Below are positions 44,051-53,095 of a DNA stretch of 64,000 nucleotides, one piece after another. Within the stretch, counting starts at the first letter, position 1; the number at the start of each line of letters is the position of its first letter. The notes under the pieces were generated by a model. The model was given only the letters and a program-made list of their open reading frames with translations. It did not search any database and was not told the DNA's origin. Position numbers and translations under genes: made by a program. Origin of the DNA: Nannocystales bacterium (lineage in GTDB: Bacteria > Myxococcota_A > Polyangia > Nannocystales > Nannocystaceae); the NCBI GenBank assembly GCA_050633305.1, contig JBOEGF010000010.1:384001-448000 (forward strand), written 5' to 3'.

Positions 44051-44953
44051 TCACGGCTTCGCTGTTGCCGCCTCGTCCAACGACGCTCCTTCGGGACTCT
44101 CGCTTGGGCGAGCCTTGCGGCGCGGACACTCCACGGCGACAACCGAGGACTCCTCCCGGAACGCGTGGCTGCACGCGAGCTGTTTCAAGCCTCGTTTCGC
44201 GATGTGGTGAACGCCCCACCGATCGACGTGAAGGGAAGCCCGCTCCAACTCGAGCAAGGCGGCCCGGTTCGCTTCGTCGAACCCTGCATCGGAGAGGTCG
44301 AGGTGTTCGTGGGCGCGGAGGATCGCGAAGGTGTTCGGCGTTCCGCGGTAGACCTCGCGTAGCTTCGCCTCGATGTGTGCCTTCCCGCTCTGCGGAAGCC
44401 GTACAAACGCCTGGTACCACTCGTCCCGGAGCTCGTGAGCCCTCGCGTCGAGCGTTGCAGCCATGAACTCCAACAACACGTCGTCGCCCTCGTCACGCGC
44501 ATCGTCGAAGAAGCTCGCTCGTTGGACGGTTTGTCGGCGGTAGATCGCCGCACGAACCTCCCGAAGGGGAGGGACCTGTCCCGGCTCCGCGGACTCGACC
44601 CCTTGAAAAATAGCGACCGAACCTTTGTAGAGCGGCCACCACTGCCCACTGTTGCGGCGATACAGCGCTGCGCCGTCGTCGACCGTGAGCTCGACGGAAT
44701 CGTCGCGGCTCCAGCGGTCGGCTGGGTCACCACGGTTCCACAGCTGAGCCTCGAGATCGCCCCACTGGGCGTGTTGTGACTCCCGTTCGTCGAGCTTTGG
44801 GATTGGGTCGTGCCCGCCTTGCCCGATTAAGCGCTGCTCGGTCCGCCACACGATCCGGACATCCCCGGACTCGGCGAGGAGCGCATCGCTCTCCCACACC
44901 GTGCACCCGGACGCGCTCACCAGAAGCACGAGTGCGGTCAGGATCCTGCGCAT
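44051..44953 (-). CDS. Hypothetical lipoprotein
   Basis: MRRILTALVLLVSASG-C lipobox; no recognised domain. Confidence 0.7.
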   Translation of the reverse strand: MRRILTALVLLVSASGCTVWESDALLAESGDVRIVWRTEQRLIGQGGHDPIPKLDERESQHAQWGDLEAQLWNRGDPADRWSRDDSVELTVDDGAALYRRNSGQWWPLYKGSVAIFQGVESAEPGQVPPLREVRAAIYRRQTVQRASFFDDARDEGDDVLLEFMAATLDARAHELRDEWYQAFVRLPQSGKAHIEAKLREVYRGTPNTFAILRAHEHLDLSDAGFDEANRAALLELERASLHVDRWGVHHIAKRGLKQLACSHAFREESSVVAVECPRRKARPSESPEGASLDEAATAKP

Positions 44954-45028
44954 CGGACAAGGGTAGCCCGAGGGGTCCGGGGTCAACGCGCGCTTTTTTG
45001 TAGGGGCGGGTGAGACTGTTAGGTTTTG

Positions 45029-45931
45029 GTGGTGAGACCTGGAATCGCCGCGTGGCTCATGGGGTGCCTTCTGGCGGCCTGTGGAACGGCGGAGCCCGAG
45101 GTTGCACTCCGAGTCGACGCTGCACAGCCGGCGGCTGAGCTGTCGCTGCAGCCCGTCGCCGAAGCACCGACCGGTGTCGTATCCAACGAAGCGTCACCTT
45201 CAGGTGCAGGGCTGGTCGGAGATCCGAGCGATCGTGAACTCGAGATCCTGGACATGGCGGATGCCGAGTCGGTCGATGCATTGCTCTTGGACCTGCCGGG
45301 CTCCTCCGGTCTGCGCGCTGACGCGGCCGCTGACCTCATCGCAGACGGGGCTCGCAGCGTGGGGACCCCACAGCGCGGCAAGATCCGCAACGCGATCCCA
45401 CTGCCTCCGCGCCCGCATCTGTACACCCGGCGACACCCGGGTCGGTCGTTTGGATCCACGCACACGATTCGGACGATTCAAACCGCGTTGACGACCCTGC
45501 GAGCCGACAAGGGCGTTCAGACTGAAGTCATGATCGGAGACATCAGCTTGCCTCCGGGCGGCCCGATCTCTCCGCACGTCTCGCATCAGAGCGGTCGAGA
45601 CATCGACATCCGCTTGCTTCTGGTCCCGGGGTTGGATCGCGAGACCGTCCCGGTCGACGCGAAGTCGGTGGATTGGGATGCGACGTGGGCCATGGTCCAC
45701 AGCTTCTTGGAGACGGGCGCGGTGAAGGTGCTGTTCCTCGACTTCCACCGCCAGGGGCTGCTGCACGCCGCGGCGCTGCGCGCTGGCGTGCACCCGAACG
45801 TCGCCCGGAGGTGGTTCCAGTGGCCCCAACCAGGTGGGCCGGGGCTGATTCGGCACGAGGCCGGCCATCGCGCGCATGTGCATGTCCGGCTTGGATGTGG
45901 TCACAACGAGCGGTCTTGTCGCGGTTCGTAG
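45029..45931 (+). CDS. Penicillin-insensitive murein endopeptidase (MepA-like), lipoprotein
   Basis: LAA-C lipobox; SVGTP..G.I, GDIS...GG, HVSHQSGRDID, H..HVHVR. Confidence 0.85.
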   Translation: MVRPGIAAWLMGCLLAACGTAEPEVALRVDAAQPAAELSLQPVAEAPTGVVSNEASPSGAGLVGDPSDRELEILDMADAESVDALLLDLPGSSGLRADAAADLIADGARSVGTPQRGKIRNAIPLPPRPHLYTRRHPGRSFGSTHTIRTIQTALTTLRADKGVQTEVMIGDISLPPGGPISPHVSHQSGRDIDIRLLLVPGLDRETVPVDAKSVDWDATWAMVHSFLETGAVKVLFLDFHRQGLLHAAALRAGVHPNVARRWFQWPQPGGPGLIRHEAGHRAHVHVRLGCGHNERSCRGS

Positions 45932-46081
45932 CCGCAAACGTGCGGATTCGGCCTTGCGACCGCCGTTGGGTGAGCGGTCCGGCCGGGTACGAACACAAAA
46001 AAAGTGAACGACCCGGTGACGGGTCCGCTCCAATCCGGCCATCCCAGCCAATACCCCCCGCAGTTGGGGGCTGGCTTGACC

Positions 46082-46948
46082 ATGGCTTTCCAAAACTCCT
46101 CTTCGATCTTCGTGGCTCTCAGCGCCGCGAGCCTGCTTTTTCTTCCGGCTTGCGATTCCGCGGTCGATGCCGACGACACCGGTGGCACGACAGGCGGAAG
46201 TTCCACCTCGGGCCCTCCCGCCACATCCTCCACGACGACGACGCCCGGGAGCTCGTCGAGTTCGACAGACCCAGGGACGACGACGGTATCCCCGGGGTCT
46301 TCGTCAACCGGTGTGGACATGACCAGCAGCACGACCGACGCTTCGTCGAGCACGGGTGAGCCTGGGGACTGTGTGGATGAGGACATCGGCGACGCCGTCG
46401 GCGAGGAGGTGGCAAGTGGGACGAACGACGGGCAGGGCGATGACTTCAGCCTTCGCTACTGCGACGGGGCGAGCACCTCGACCTCCACGACCGACCCGAC
46501 GACCGTTTCGACGTCGGGCCCCGATGACACGGGCGGCGGCGGAGGGGCCACGACTGGGGTAGGTGGCGGGACCACGGGAGACTTCGGCGATGGCGGAGAT
46601 GACTACGTCGTGTCCTGGACGCCACCCTCGAGCGGGCCGTTCGTCCTGGACACGTTTGGCTCAGGGATCGACACCGTCCTCTCCGTGGTCGCGCCCGGAT
46701 GTGGCGCTCCTGCAGTGGACTGCAACGACGACTGCGACGGCTTCGAGGCGGGTCTCCTCTACGAAGCGACCGAGGGGGAGACGGTCTTCATCGTGATCGA
46801 GGGGTACTCCGGGCGGCAAGGCTCCTTCGTGCTGAATATCGCCGAGGGGGAGGACTTGGAGTGTGGCGGCTTCGACACCGATGGTCCGATGGGCAGCTCG
46901 ACCTCAGTCGGAACCTCCGTGGGAACCTCGCCGGGAACCTCGCCTTAG
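46082..46948 (+). CDS. Ser/Thr/Gly-rich lipoprotein with a PPC-like beta-sandwich domain
   Basis: LPA-C lipobox; low-complexity linkers; DTFGS..DTVL.V, CNDD, IVIEGY....G.F.L. Confidence 0.75.
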   Translation: MAFQNSSSIFVALSAASLLFLPACDSAVDADDTGGTTGGSSTSGPPATSSTTTTPGSSSSSTDPGTTTVSPGSSSTGVDMTSSTTDASSSTGEPGDCVDEDIGDAVGEEVASGTNDGQGDDFSLRYCDGASTSTSTTDPTTVSTSGPDDTGGGGGATTGVGGGTTGDFGDGGDDYVVSWTPPSSGPFVLDTFGSGIDTVLSVVAPGCGAPAVDCNDDCDGFEAGLLYEATEGETVFIVIEGYSGRQGSFVLNIAEGEDLECGGFDTDGPMGSSTSVGTSVGTSPGTSP

Positions 46949-47078
46949 TTTCCTTTTCGGTGTGGCCGAGAGTCGCTCCGGGCGAGCGCAAAGGTCGGGG
47001 GCGACCGTTTGCTCGCTCGGGGTTACTTTTTCGGCTGCCGCTGGCGAAACCTCGACGCGTCGGCCAGTCTTGGTGCGG

Positions 47079-47561
47079 ATGGGCGACGACCTCACGCGCT
47101 TCAAGGGCGACAACCAGAACGTGCCGGCTCGGTTCTCGCCATACGGCGGCAGTCGGCTGGCTCCCGCGATCGACATTGTCGACACCGCGAAGCAGATCGC
47201 GGAGGCGGACCGGGTGATCGGCACGGTCGTGAACGCGAAGCTCGAAGTCATCGCCGAGCAGATCCGGAATCTGCAGGACCAGGCCCGGGCGGTCTTGAGT
47301 CAGGCGTTGGACGACGCCGACCTGCATCGCGCGCAATGTCGGTTTCAAAAGAGGGTGGGAGAGACCTACTTCCTGTACCGAGAGAGCGGCGGGACCCCGT
47401 ACTTCTCCATGCTCAGTCCGGACGACTGGAAAGGCAGCCCCCCGCACGAGTTCGGAGGCGCGTACCGACTCGAGGCGGACATGAGCTGGTCGCCCGCGGA
47501 GCACGCCAAGCCGCCGACGCAGGAGATGCTGCTCGCGCTGGCCGGCGTCTCAAAACCTTGA
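47079..47561 (+). CDS. DUF2452-like protein
   Basis: SPY..SRL.P, I.EQI..LQ.QA, LH.A.C.F....G..Y.LY, SMLSP.DW, L.AD.SW. Confidence 0.75.
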   Translation: MGDDLTRFKGDNQNVPARFSPYGGSRLAPAIDIVDTAKQIAEADRVIGTVVNAKLEVIAEQIRNLQDQARAVLSQALDDADLHRAQCRFQKRVGETYFLYRESGGTPYFSMLSPDDWKGSPPHEFGGAYRLEADMSWSPAEHAKPPTQEMLLALAGVSKP

Positions 47562-47605
47562 ACTCATCTCGAGAACTTCTGTCCGTCGGGGGCGTCCAAC
47601 CCGTC

Positions 47606-48157
47606 GTGCGTGCATCGACCTCCCTGAGTTTGCTGCTTGTGGCCTGTACGCCCGCTGCGCGACCGGACCCCGTCGAAGTCGAGCCCAAGCCGCAGATCTT
47701 GGACGTGGCAGGGGCGACCGTCGTGGATCCTCCGCTGGCTCCGATGCCACCGGACGCGGTGATCGAGCTGACACGAACCCGCTGCTATGGCGGGTGTCCG
47801 GCCTATGAGGTCTCCATGGATGCTGATGGGCATGTGAGCTGGGAGGGCACTGCCCACGTGACGCGCAAGGGCGCCGCGTCCTGGAGCGTTTCCGCGAAGG
47901 CCGTCGAGGGCTTGTGGCAAGAGCTGGACGGCCTTCCGTGGGACCGACTGCCGCCGAGCACCGGGGAAGCCGAGTGCCCCGAGTTGTTCAGCGATCACCC
48001 GTCGTTCACCCTCGTGGTTCGAGCAGGCGGCGTTTCACGGGGCATCACGCACTACACGGGGTGCAAGGGGCACCCGGACTACGACGCACTCGGCCCGGTC
48101 TCCCACCAAGTCGACTTCGTCGCGGATACCGAGGCCGCTATCGGTTCGCGCGAATGA
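47606..48157 (+). CDS. Lipoprotein, DUF6438-like
   Basis: LLVA-C lipobox; I.L.RT.CYG.CP.Y.V....DG.V...G. Confidence 0.75.
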   Translation: MRASTSLSLLLVACTPAARPDPVEVEPKPQILDVAGATVVDPPLAPMPPDAVIELTRTRCYGGCPAYEVSMDADGHVSWEGTAHVTRKGAASWSVSAKAVEGLWQELDGLPWDRLPPSTGEAECPELFSDHPSFTLVVRAGGVSRGITHYTGCKGHPDYDALGPVSHQVDFVADTEAAIGSRE

Positions 48158-48211
48158 CGCGTTCGTCCCGGCGGTGTCTTGCGATCCGTTCGGGGATCCG
48201 CTAAACCCCGG

Positions 48212-48262
48212 CCCCTTCCTTGTTCTCACCATGGTGGTGGGGGCCAGAAGTCCGAAAGGGAG
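48212..48262 (+). promoter_or_regulatory. Candidate S6:S18 autoregulatory leader RNA
   Basis: TTCCTT (48216-21) can pair with the SD-containing AAGGGA (48256-61); inner hairpin CTCACCA/TGGTGGG; unpaired CCG just before the SD. Confidence 0.55.
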
Positions 48263-48269
48263 CCCAAAC

Positions 48270-48866
48270 ATGGCATCAGAAGAAACGGTCGGCGCGGTTC
48301 AGTCCGTCGCCTCCAAGAAAAACACTCAGCGCGAGTACGAGACGGTCACGATCCTCCGTCCCGACACTGGCAAGCCCCAGATCAAAGCCCTTATCGAGCG
48401 CGTACAAGGCGTCGCCGAGAAGCAGGCCGGAAGCCTCGTCAAGATCGACAGCTGGGGCATGCGTGTCCTCGCCTACCCGGTCGCTCACCAGCGCAAGGGC
48501 ATCTACCTGTACTGGCGCTACCTCGGTGGCTCCGACATGGTGGCCGAGCTTGAGCGGAACCTTCGTCTGTCCGATCGCGTCATGCGTTTCTACTCGGTCC
48601 GCGTCGACGACGATGTCGATCCCGGAGCGCGTCCCTCGGAGATCAACGACGAGCTCCTCGACGCCGTGTCCGAGCCCGGACCCGACCCCGAAGAGATCGC
48701 CCGCAAAGCCGCCGAAGCTGAAGAAGCACGGCGCGCCGAAGAAGCTGCCGTCGCCGCAGCCGCAGCCGCTGTGGCCGCGGAAGAAGCCGCAGCAGCAGCC
48801 GCCAAAGAAGCAGCCGCAGAAGCCGACGCTCCCGCTGCTGAAACCGAGACCAAGGAAGAGGGTTGA
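48270..48866 (+). CDS. rpsF: 30S ribosomal protein S6 with long acidic/Ala-rich tail
   Basis: REYET..ILRP, WG.R.LAY.V, G.Y, ELER..R....V.R. Confidence 0.95.
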   Translation: MASEETVGAVQSVASKKNTQREYETVTILRPDTGKPQIKALIERVQGVAEKQAGSLVKIDSWGMRVLAYPVAHQRKGIYLYWRYLGGSDMVAELERNLRLSDRVMRFYSVRVDDDVDPGARPSEINDELLDAVSEPGPDPEEIARKAAEAEEARRAEEAAVAAAAAAVAAEEAAAAAAKEAAAEADAPAAETETKEEG

Positions 48867-48869
48867 TCG

Positions 48870-49157
48870 ATGTCTGACCGATACGAACGTTCCGAGCGTG
48901 GAGACCGTGGTGACCGAGGCGATCGCGGAGATCGCGGCGAGCGCGGCGAGAAGGGCAAAAAGTCCCGCTTCAACTTCTCCGAGAAAGAGCTGGTCATTGA
49001 CTACAAGAACCCCCAGCTCCTCAAGAACTTCCTCACCGACCGCGGCAAGATCATTCCCGCGCGTATCTCCGGTCTGAGCGCTCGGCAACAGCGGTCGCTC
49101 ACCAAGGCCATCAAGCGCGCGCGCATGCTCGCCCTGCTGCCTTTCACCTCCTCCTGA
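48870..49157 (+). CDS. rpsR: 30S ribosomal protein S18 (Cys-less form) with RG(D/E) repeats
   Basis: IDYKN..LL..F.TDRGKI.P.R.SG, QR....AIKRAR.LALLPF. Confidence 0.97.
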   Translation: MSDRYERSERGDRGDRGDRGDRGERGEKGKKSRFNFSEKELVIDYKNPQLLKNFLTDRGKIIPARISGLSARQQRSLTKAIKRARMLALLPFTSS

Positions 49158-49201
49158 GCTGACTCAGAGCCGTTCAGCGAGAGAAAAAGGGAGACCCAAT
49201 C

Positions 49202-49657
49202 ATGGCGAACATGTCCATCATCCTCACCCAAGACGTCGACAAGCTCGGCCGTGCCGGTGAGATCGTTACCGTCAAGCCCGGCTACGGCCGGAACTTCCTC
49301 TTGCCCCGCAGCCTCGGCCTCCTGGCCACGCGCGGCAATGTGGCCCAGCTCGAGCACCACCGTCGTGCCATCGCTCGCGAGCAGTCCAAGATTCGCGACG
49401 AGTACGAGGCGCTTGCCAAGCAGCTCGAAGGCATCAAGGTGTCGATCGCGCGCAAAGCTGGCAAAGACGAGAAGCTCTTCGGCTCCGTGTCCAACAAGGA
49501 CATCGTCGAGGCGCTCAGCGCACAGAACATCAAGATCGATCGCCGCATCGTTCAGCTCTCGGAGCCCATCAAGAGCACCGGTAGCCACGACGTCGTCGTC
49601 CGATTCTCGGCCGATGTGTCCGCGACGCTTCAGGTGAACGTCGTCGGCATCGGCTAG
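49202..49657 (+). CDS. rplI: 50S ribosomal protein L9
   Basis: LG..G.IV.VKPGYGRNFLLP, KLFGSV, PIK..G. Confidence 0.97.
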   Translation: MANMSIILTQDVDKLGRAGEIVTVKPGYGRNFLLPRSLGLLATRGNVAQLEHHRRAIAREQSKIRDEYEALAKQLEGIKVSIARKAGKDEKLFGSVSNKDIVEALSAQNIKIDRRIVQLSEPIKSTGSHDVVVRFSADVSATLQVNVVGIG

Positions 49658-49677
49658 TCCGAACGCCCCGCGTTCTC

Positions 49678-49715
49678 GAAAGCCCCCGGGTGTCCGTCAG
49701 GACCTCGGGGTTTTC
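49678..49715 (+). terminator. Intrinsic terminator after rplI
   Basis: GAAAGCCCCCGGG..TCC-GTCA-GGA..CTCGGGGTTTTC hairpin with T-run. Confidence 0.65.
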
Positions 49716-49754
49716 ATTGGTTTCGAACGTTGAACTCTGGGATGATGTTCAGGT

Positions 49755-50567
49755 ATGTCTGGCTGGAAGCTTCGTTATGTTGGTTTTGGATCCGTTGACC
49801 GGCGCTCGAAGAACCGAATCCGCGCGCTCACCACAGTCGCCGCCTTGGGATTTGGCCTGACGCCAGGATGCGACGCAGCCGTCGATCCTCCCGAGGACTC
49901 TGGTTCGTCGAGCGCTGCCGGCGACGACTCCTCGACCTCGGATGGCAGCGGCGCCGTGACGAGTGCATCCCCAGCGACGACGAACAACTCCTCCTCGACA
50001 AGCACGCCGCCCAACCCGACGCCGCCGACCGCAACGGCGGCGGTCACGACGGCTTCGACATTCGGCACGAGCAGCAGCGGGTTTGGGTCGTCGGGGAGCA
50101 GCGGTGGACCCGACACGTGCGGCAACGGTGCGGTCGACTTTGCCGAGCAGTGTGACGGCGAGGACCTGTTTGGGTTTTCGTGCGAGGCGCTTGGTCTTGG
50201 CGAAGGTGTGCTCGCGTGCTCGCAGGCATGCCTGTTCGATACGACCGACTGCGTGGGAGCACTCCCGGACTGTGGTGACGGGCTCGTTCAACCCGGCGAG
50301 CAGTGTGACCAGGACAATCTCCAGGGACTCTCCTGCGAAGCGTTGGGGCTCGGTGGCGGGTTCCTGGCGTGCACGCTGGACTGCACCTTCGATACATCCG
50401 GTTGCATGGATGGGGCTGGATGCGGCGATGGCTTCATCAGCCCGGGGGAGCAGTGTGATGGCAACGATCTTCAGGGGCTGAGCTGCGAAGCGCTGGGGCT
50501 CGGAGGCGGGGCGCTCGCGTGCGATCCCGTCCAGTGTGTCTTCGACACCTCCGGCTGTGTCCCGTGA
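49755..50567 (+). CDS. Lipoprotein with three myxobacterial Cys-rich repeats
   Basis: LTPG-C lipobox, Ser/Thr linker, 3x CG(N/D)G....EQCD..DL.G.SCEALGLG.G.LAC...C.FDT..C. Confidence 0.85.
   Translation: MSGWKLRYVGFGSVDRRSKNRIRALTTVAALGFGLTPGCDAAVDPPEDSGSSSAAGDDSSTSDGSGAVTSASPATTNNSSSTSTPPNPTPPTATAAVTTASTFGTSSSGFGSSGSSGGPDTCGNGAVDFAEQCDGEDLFGFSCEALGLGEGVLACSQACLFDTTDCVGALPDCGDGLVQPGEQCDQDNLQGLSCEALGLGGGFLACTLDCTFDTSGCMDGAGCGDGFISPGEQCDGNDLQGLSCEALGLGGGALACDPVQCVFDTSGCVP
50118..50558 (+). repeat. Three intragenic repeats of about 150 bp encoding Cys-rich units
   Basis: Repeated GAGCAGTGTGA and TGCGA(A/G)GCG.T.GG.CT.GG blocks. Confidence 0.8.
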
Positions 50568-50607
50568 CGTCGCGCCCGATGGGCACGCTCAGGCATCCGC
50601 AGGATTC

Positions 50608-52614
50608 TTAGAGTCCACGTAGGTCGTCGTCGAGCTTCGTCGCAATGCCGTGGGCGGGCGGAGGCTCGGACGGCTCCGCAACAGGGGCTGGCGGCTCTGC
50701 CGCGGGGGCGTTGCGACGTGGACGGTTCCGGGTCTTCTTGTTGTGTCGCGTGGGTTTGGGCGGCTCTACGACGGGCCCGACAGCCTCACGCAGCTTCTGC
50801 AACCGCTGACCCAGCCCCTTACACGCGGACGTTTTCCCCGTTGGCGGGTTGGCCTCTCGAATCGCCCAGAGGAACGCACGAGGTCTCTCGCTACCCTCCA
50901 TGATCGTCAGGGCATCCGAGAAGGTTCGGCACGGAGACTCCGACTCATTTGCCTGGACGAGGTCCAAGCCGACGTGAAGCTCGACCGACACCTCGCCGGG
51001 TTCATTTGCCAGCAGGGCGTGCCGCTCGACGTAGCCGAGTTTTCGCAGGTCGGCCAACATGACGGGCATGTGTGCGGGCTCTTCCGCGACCGGTTTGGCC
51101 GGGCTGGGTTTGTCCGCGGGGGGCTCTTCCGTGGCCGTGGCGGCGGGGACGGTCTTGGCGGCGGTGACTTGCGAGGCGGCGGCGTGGGATTGCGTGCCGG
51201 TTTGGGTCGACTGCCACCAAGCTCCGCCGCCGAGCGCGAGCAACAAGGCGACAGCGGCGGCCCACAGTACAGGCGGTACACCACGCCTTGATCCCTCCGG
51301 CTCCGCGGTCACGGGCTCGAGCGCGGGCCCCGAGGCCTCGGTTCGGTCTCTCTCCAGAGCACGTTCGGCGACGAGCGTCTTGGGCTCGCTCGTCTCTGCC
51401 GGGGAAAGGACGATGGAGGCAGCTGCAACCGCCCGCTCCGGCTGTTGAGGAGCCCCAGGCTCTGACGGCTTCGATTCGCGTGGAGCGGATGCGGCGGAAC
51501 GGGGGCCGGGAGCAGCTGGGGCCGGGGCCGGGGTCCCTGCGGGCGCGGGAGGTGGGGGAGCAGGTGCAGGCAACTCCGCGGACGTGGCGACCAAGCTGAG
51601 CTCCGAGGCGGTCGCGGGAACCGACAAGGGACCGCTTCCCAAGTCACTCGGAACCGGGAGCAGCGAGCTGACGAAGGAGATGCTCTCGTGGTTCCGGTGC
51701 GGGAACAGCTTCTCCATATGGGCCGAGAGCCTCGACGAGGACAGTGGAATCTGGTGTTTGAGCGTGAAGCCTTCGAGCGCGTCCCGGAACTCCTGCGCGG
51801 TCGCGTACCGGTCCTCCCGGTCACGCTTCATCGCCCTGAGAACGATGCGTTCCAGCTCGGGTGGATAGTTCTGGACCACCTCAGTGGGTGGCGGGATTTC
51901 CGCGCGTTCGACTTGCTTGAGCAGCTCGAGGCCGAGCGTGTCGAGGCCGAACAGTTTGCGCCCCGTGCTCAGCTCCCACAGAAGCGTGCCGAGGCTGAAA
52001 ATGTCGCTTCGTCGGTCGACCAACTCGCCGCGACACTGCTCCGGCGACATGTACGAAACCTTGCCCTTGAGGGACCCCGCGACCGTTCCTGGCCCTCGGG
52101 CCGCGATCTTGGCGATCCCGAAGTCGACCAGCTTGATGTTGCCGTCGTAGGTGACCAACACGTTGGACGGAGACACGTCCCGGTGGACGATCTCGAGCGG
52201 GTTGCCGTCCACATCGCGGGTCTCGTGGGCGTGGTGAAGGCCGGCCGCGACGTTGTCCACGATTCGTAACGCGCAACTCAGCGGCATCGGGCTCTTGTTT
52301 TGATGACCCGAGAGCAACACCTGCCGCACGTTGCGCCCGGCGACGAACTCCATCGTGAAGAAAAAGCTCCCGTCGTCCTCCCCGAAATCGAAAACCTGAG
52401 CGATGTTGGGATGGTGAAGACCGGCGGCGAGCTTTGCCTCGGTCAGGAACATCTGGACGAAATCCGGCTGCTCTGCAAACGACGGCAGGATTCGCTTCAG
52501 GACGACCGTCTTCTGAAACCCGTGGCGGGCTTTGGACCTCGCGAGGAAGAGCTCCGCCATGCCTCCGACGGCAAGACGCTCGAGAAGATCGTATTTCCCG
52601 AGTTGGCCCTCCAT
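50608..52614 (-). CDS. Transmembrane Ser/Thr protein kinase
   Basis: LAVGGMAELF, VVLKRIL, HRDVSPSN, DFGIAK, GKVSYMSPEQ; Pro-rich linker, single TM; ATG at 52614. Confidence 0.95.
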   Translation of the reverse strand: MEGQLGKYDLLERLAVGGMAELFLARSKARHGFQKTVVLKRILPSFAEQPDFVQMFLTEAKLAAGLHHPNIAQVFDFGEDDGSFFFTMEFVAGRNVRQVLLSGHQNKSPMPLSCALRIVDNVAAGLHHAHETRDVDGNPLEIVHRDVSPSNVLVTYDGNIKLVDFGIAKIAARGPGTVAGSLKGKVSYMSPEQCRGELVDRRSDIFSLGTLLWELSTGRKLFGLDTLGLELLKQVERAEIPPPTEVVQNYPPELERIVLRAMKRDREDRYATAQEFRDALEGFTLKHQIPLSSSRLSAHMEKLFPHRNHESISFVSSLLPVPSDLGSGPLSVPATASELSLVATSAELPAPAPPPPAPAGTPAPAPAAPGPRSAASAPRESKPSEPGAPQQPERAVAAASIVLSPAETSEPKTLVAERALERDRTEASGPALEPVTAEPEGSRRGVPPVLWAAAVALLLALGGGAWWQSTQTGTQSHAAASQVTAAKTVPAATATEEPPADKPSPAKPVAEEPAHMPVMLADLRKLGYVERHALLANEPGEVSVELHVGLDLVQANESESPCRTFSDALTIMEGSERPRAFLWAIREANPPTGKTSACKGLGQRLQKLREAVGPVVEPPKPTRHNKKTRNRPRRNAPAAEPPAPVAEPSEPPPAHGIATKLDDDLRGL

Positions 52615-53095
52615 CGGCCCAGTGTAGTCGAGAACCCCCACGAGCCGGGAGAATCCTAATTGTCGGAGTATCGGCGTCGCGGCATGACTCGGTGCCCCAA
52701 CGGGCCCACGTGCCGACTGTCGGCAGCAGCAACTTCGCAGGGGAACACCCGGGTTGAGCTGCCCATAGGCTCTAATCCTGGGAAAGCGACGATGGAATTC
52801 GCGACGACGACTGCGGTGCGGACAACGTGCCGTGCGCTGATTGATTGCGCCGGGAAACAGAAGGTCGCGCCCCAGGGGCGCAGTCGAAAGCGGACGCGAC
52901 TTGAGGTCCCAAGTACCCGGGGTGGAACCGTCCTGACACGGTCGCGTGACCCAGCGTTCGAGGAGCGGGTTTCGGCCGCCGCAGCCGCTGACGGTGGTGG
53001 GGTCCATCGGACTTTGGGGCCAGGGCCCCCTAGCACCTGGTCCTGGCCCTGCGTCCCCCCCGCGCGGGGTTGGATCTACGGTAGTCGGCTCCCGC

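Noticed and set aside
46900..46944. 12-bp-period GGAACCTC repeats (possible CRISPR or operator array)
   Set aside because: They lie inside a CDS and encode the low-complexity SVGTSVGTSPGTSP tail; no unique spacers or cas genes
52918..52950. T-box-like GGTGGAACC motif upstream of dnaB
   Set aside because: Antiterminator pairing is poor, there is no stem I/specifier or terminator, and dnaB is not a plausible T-box target
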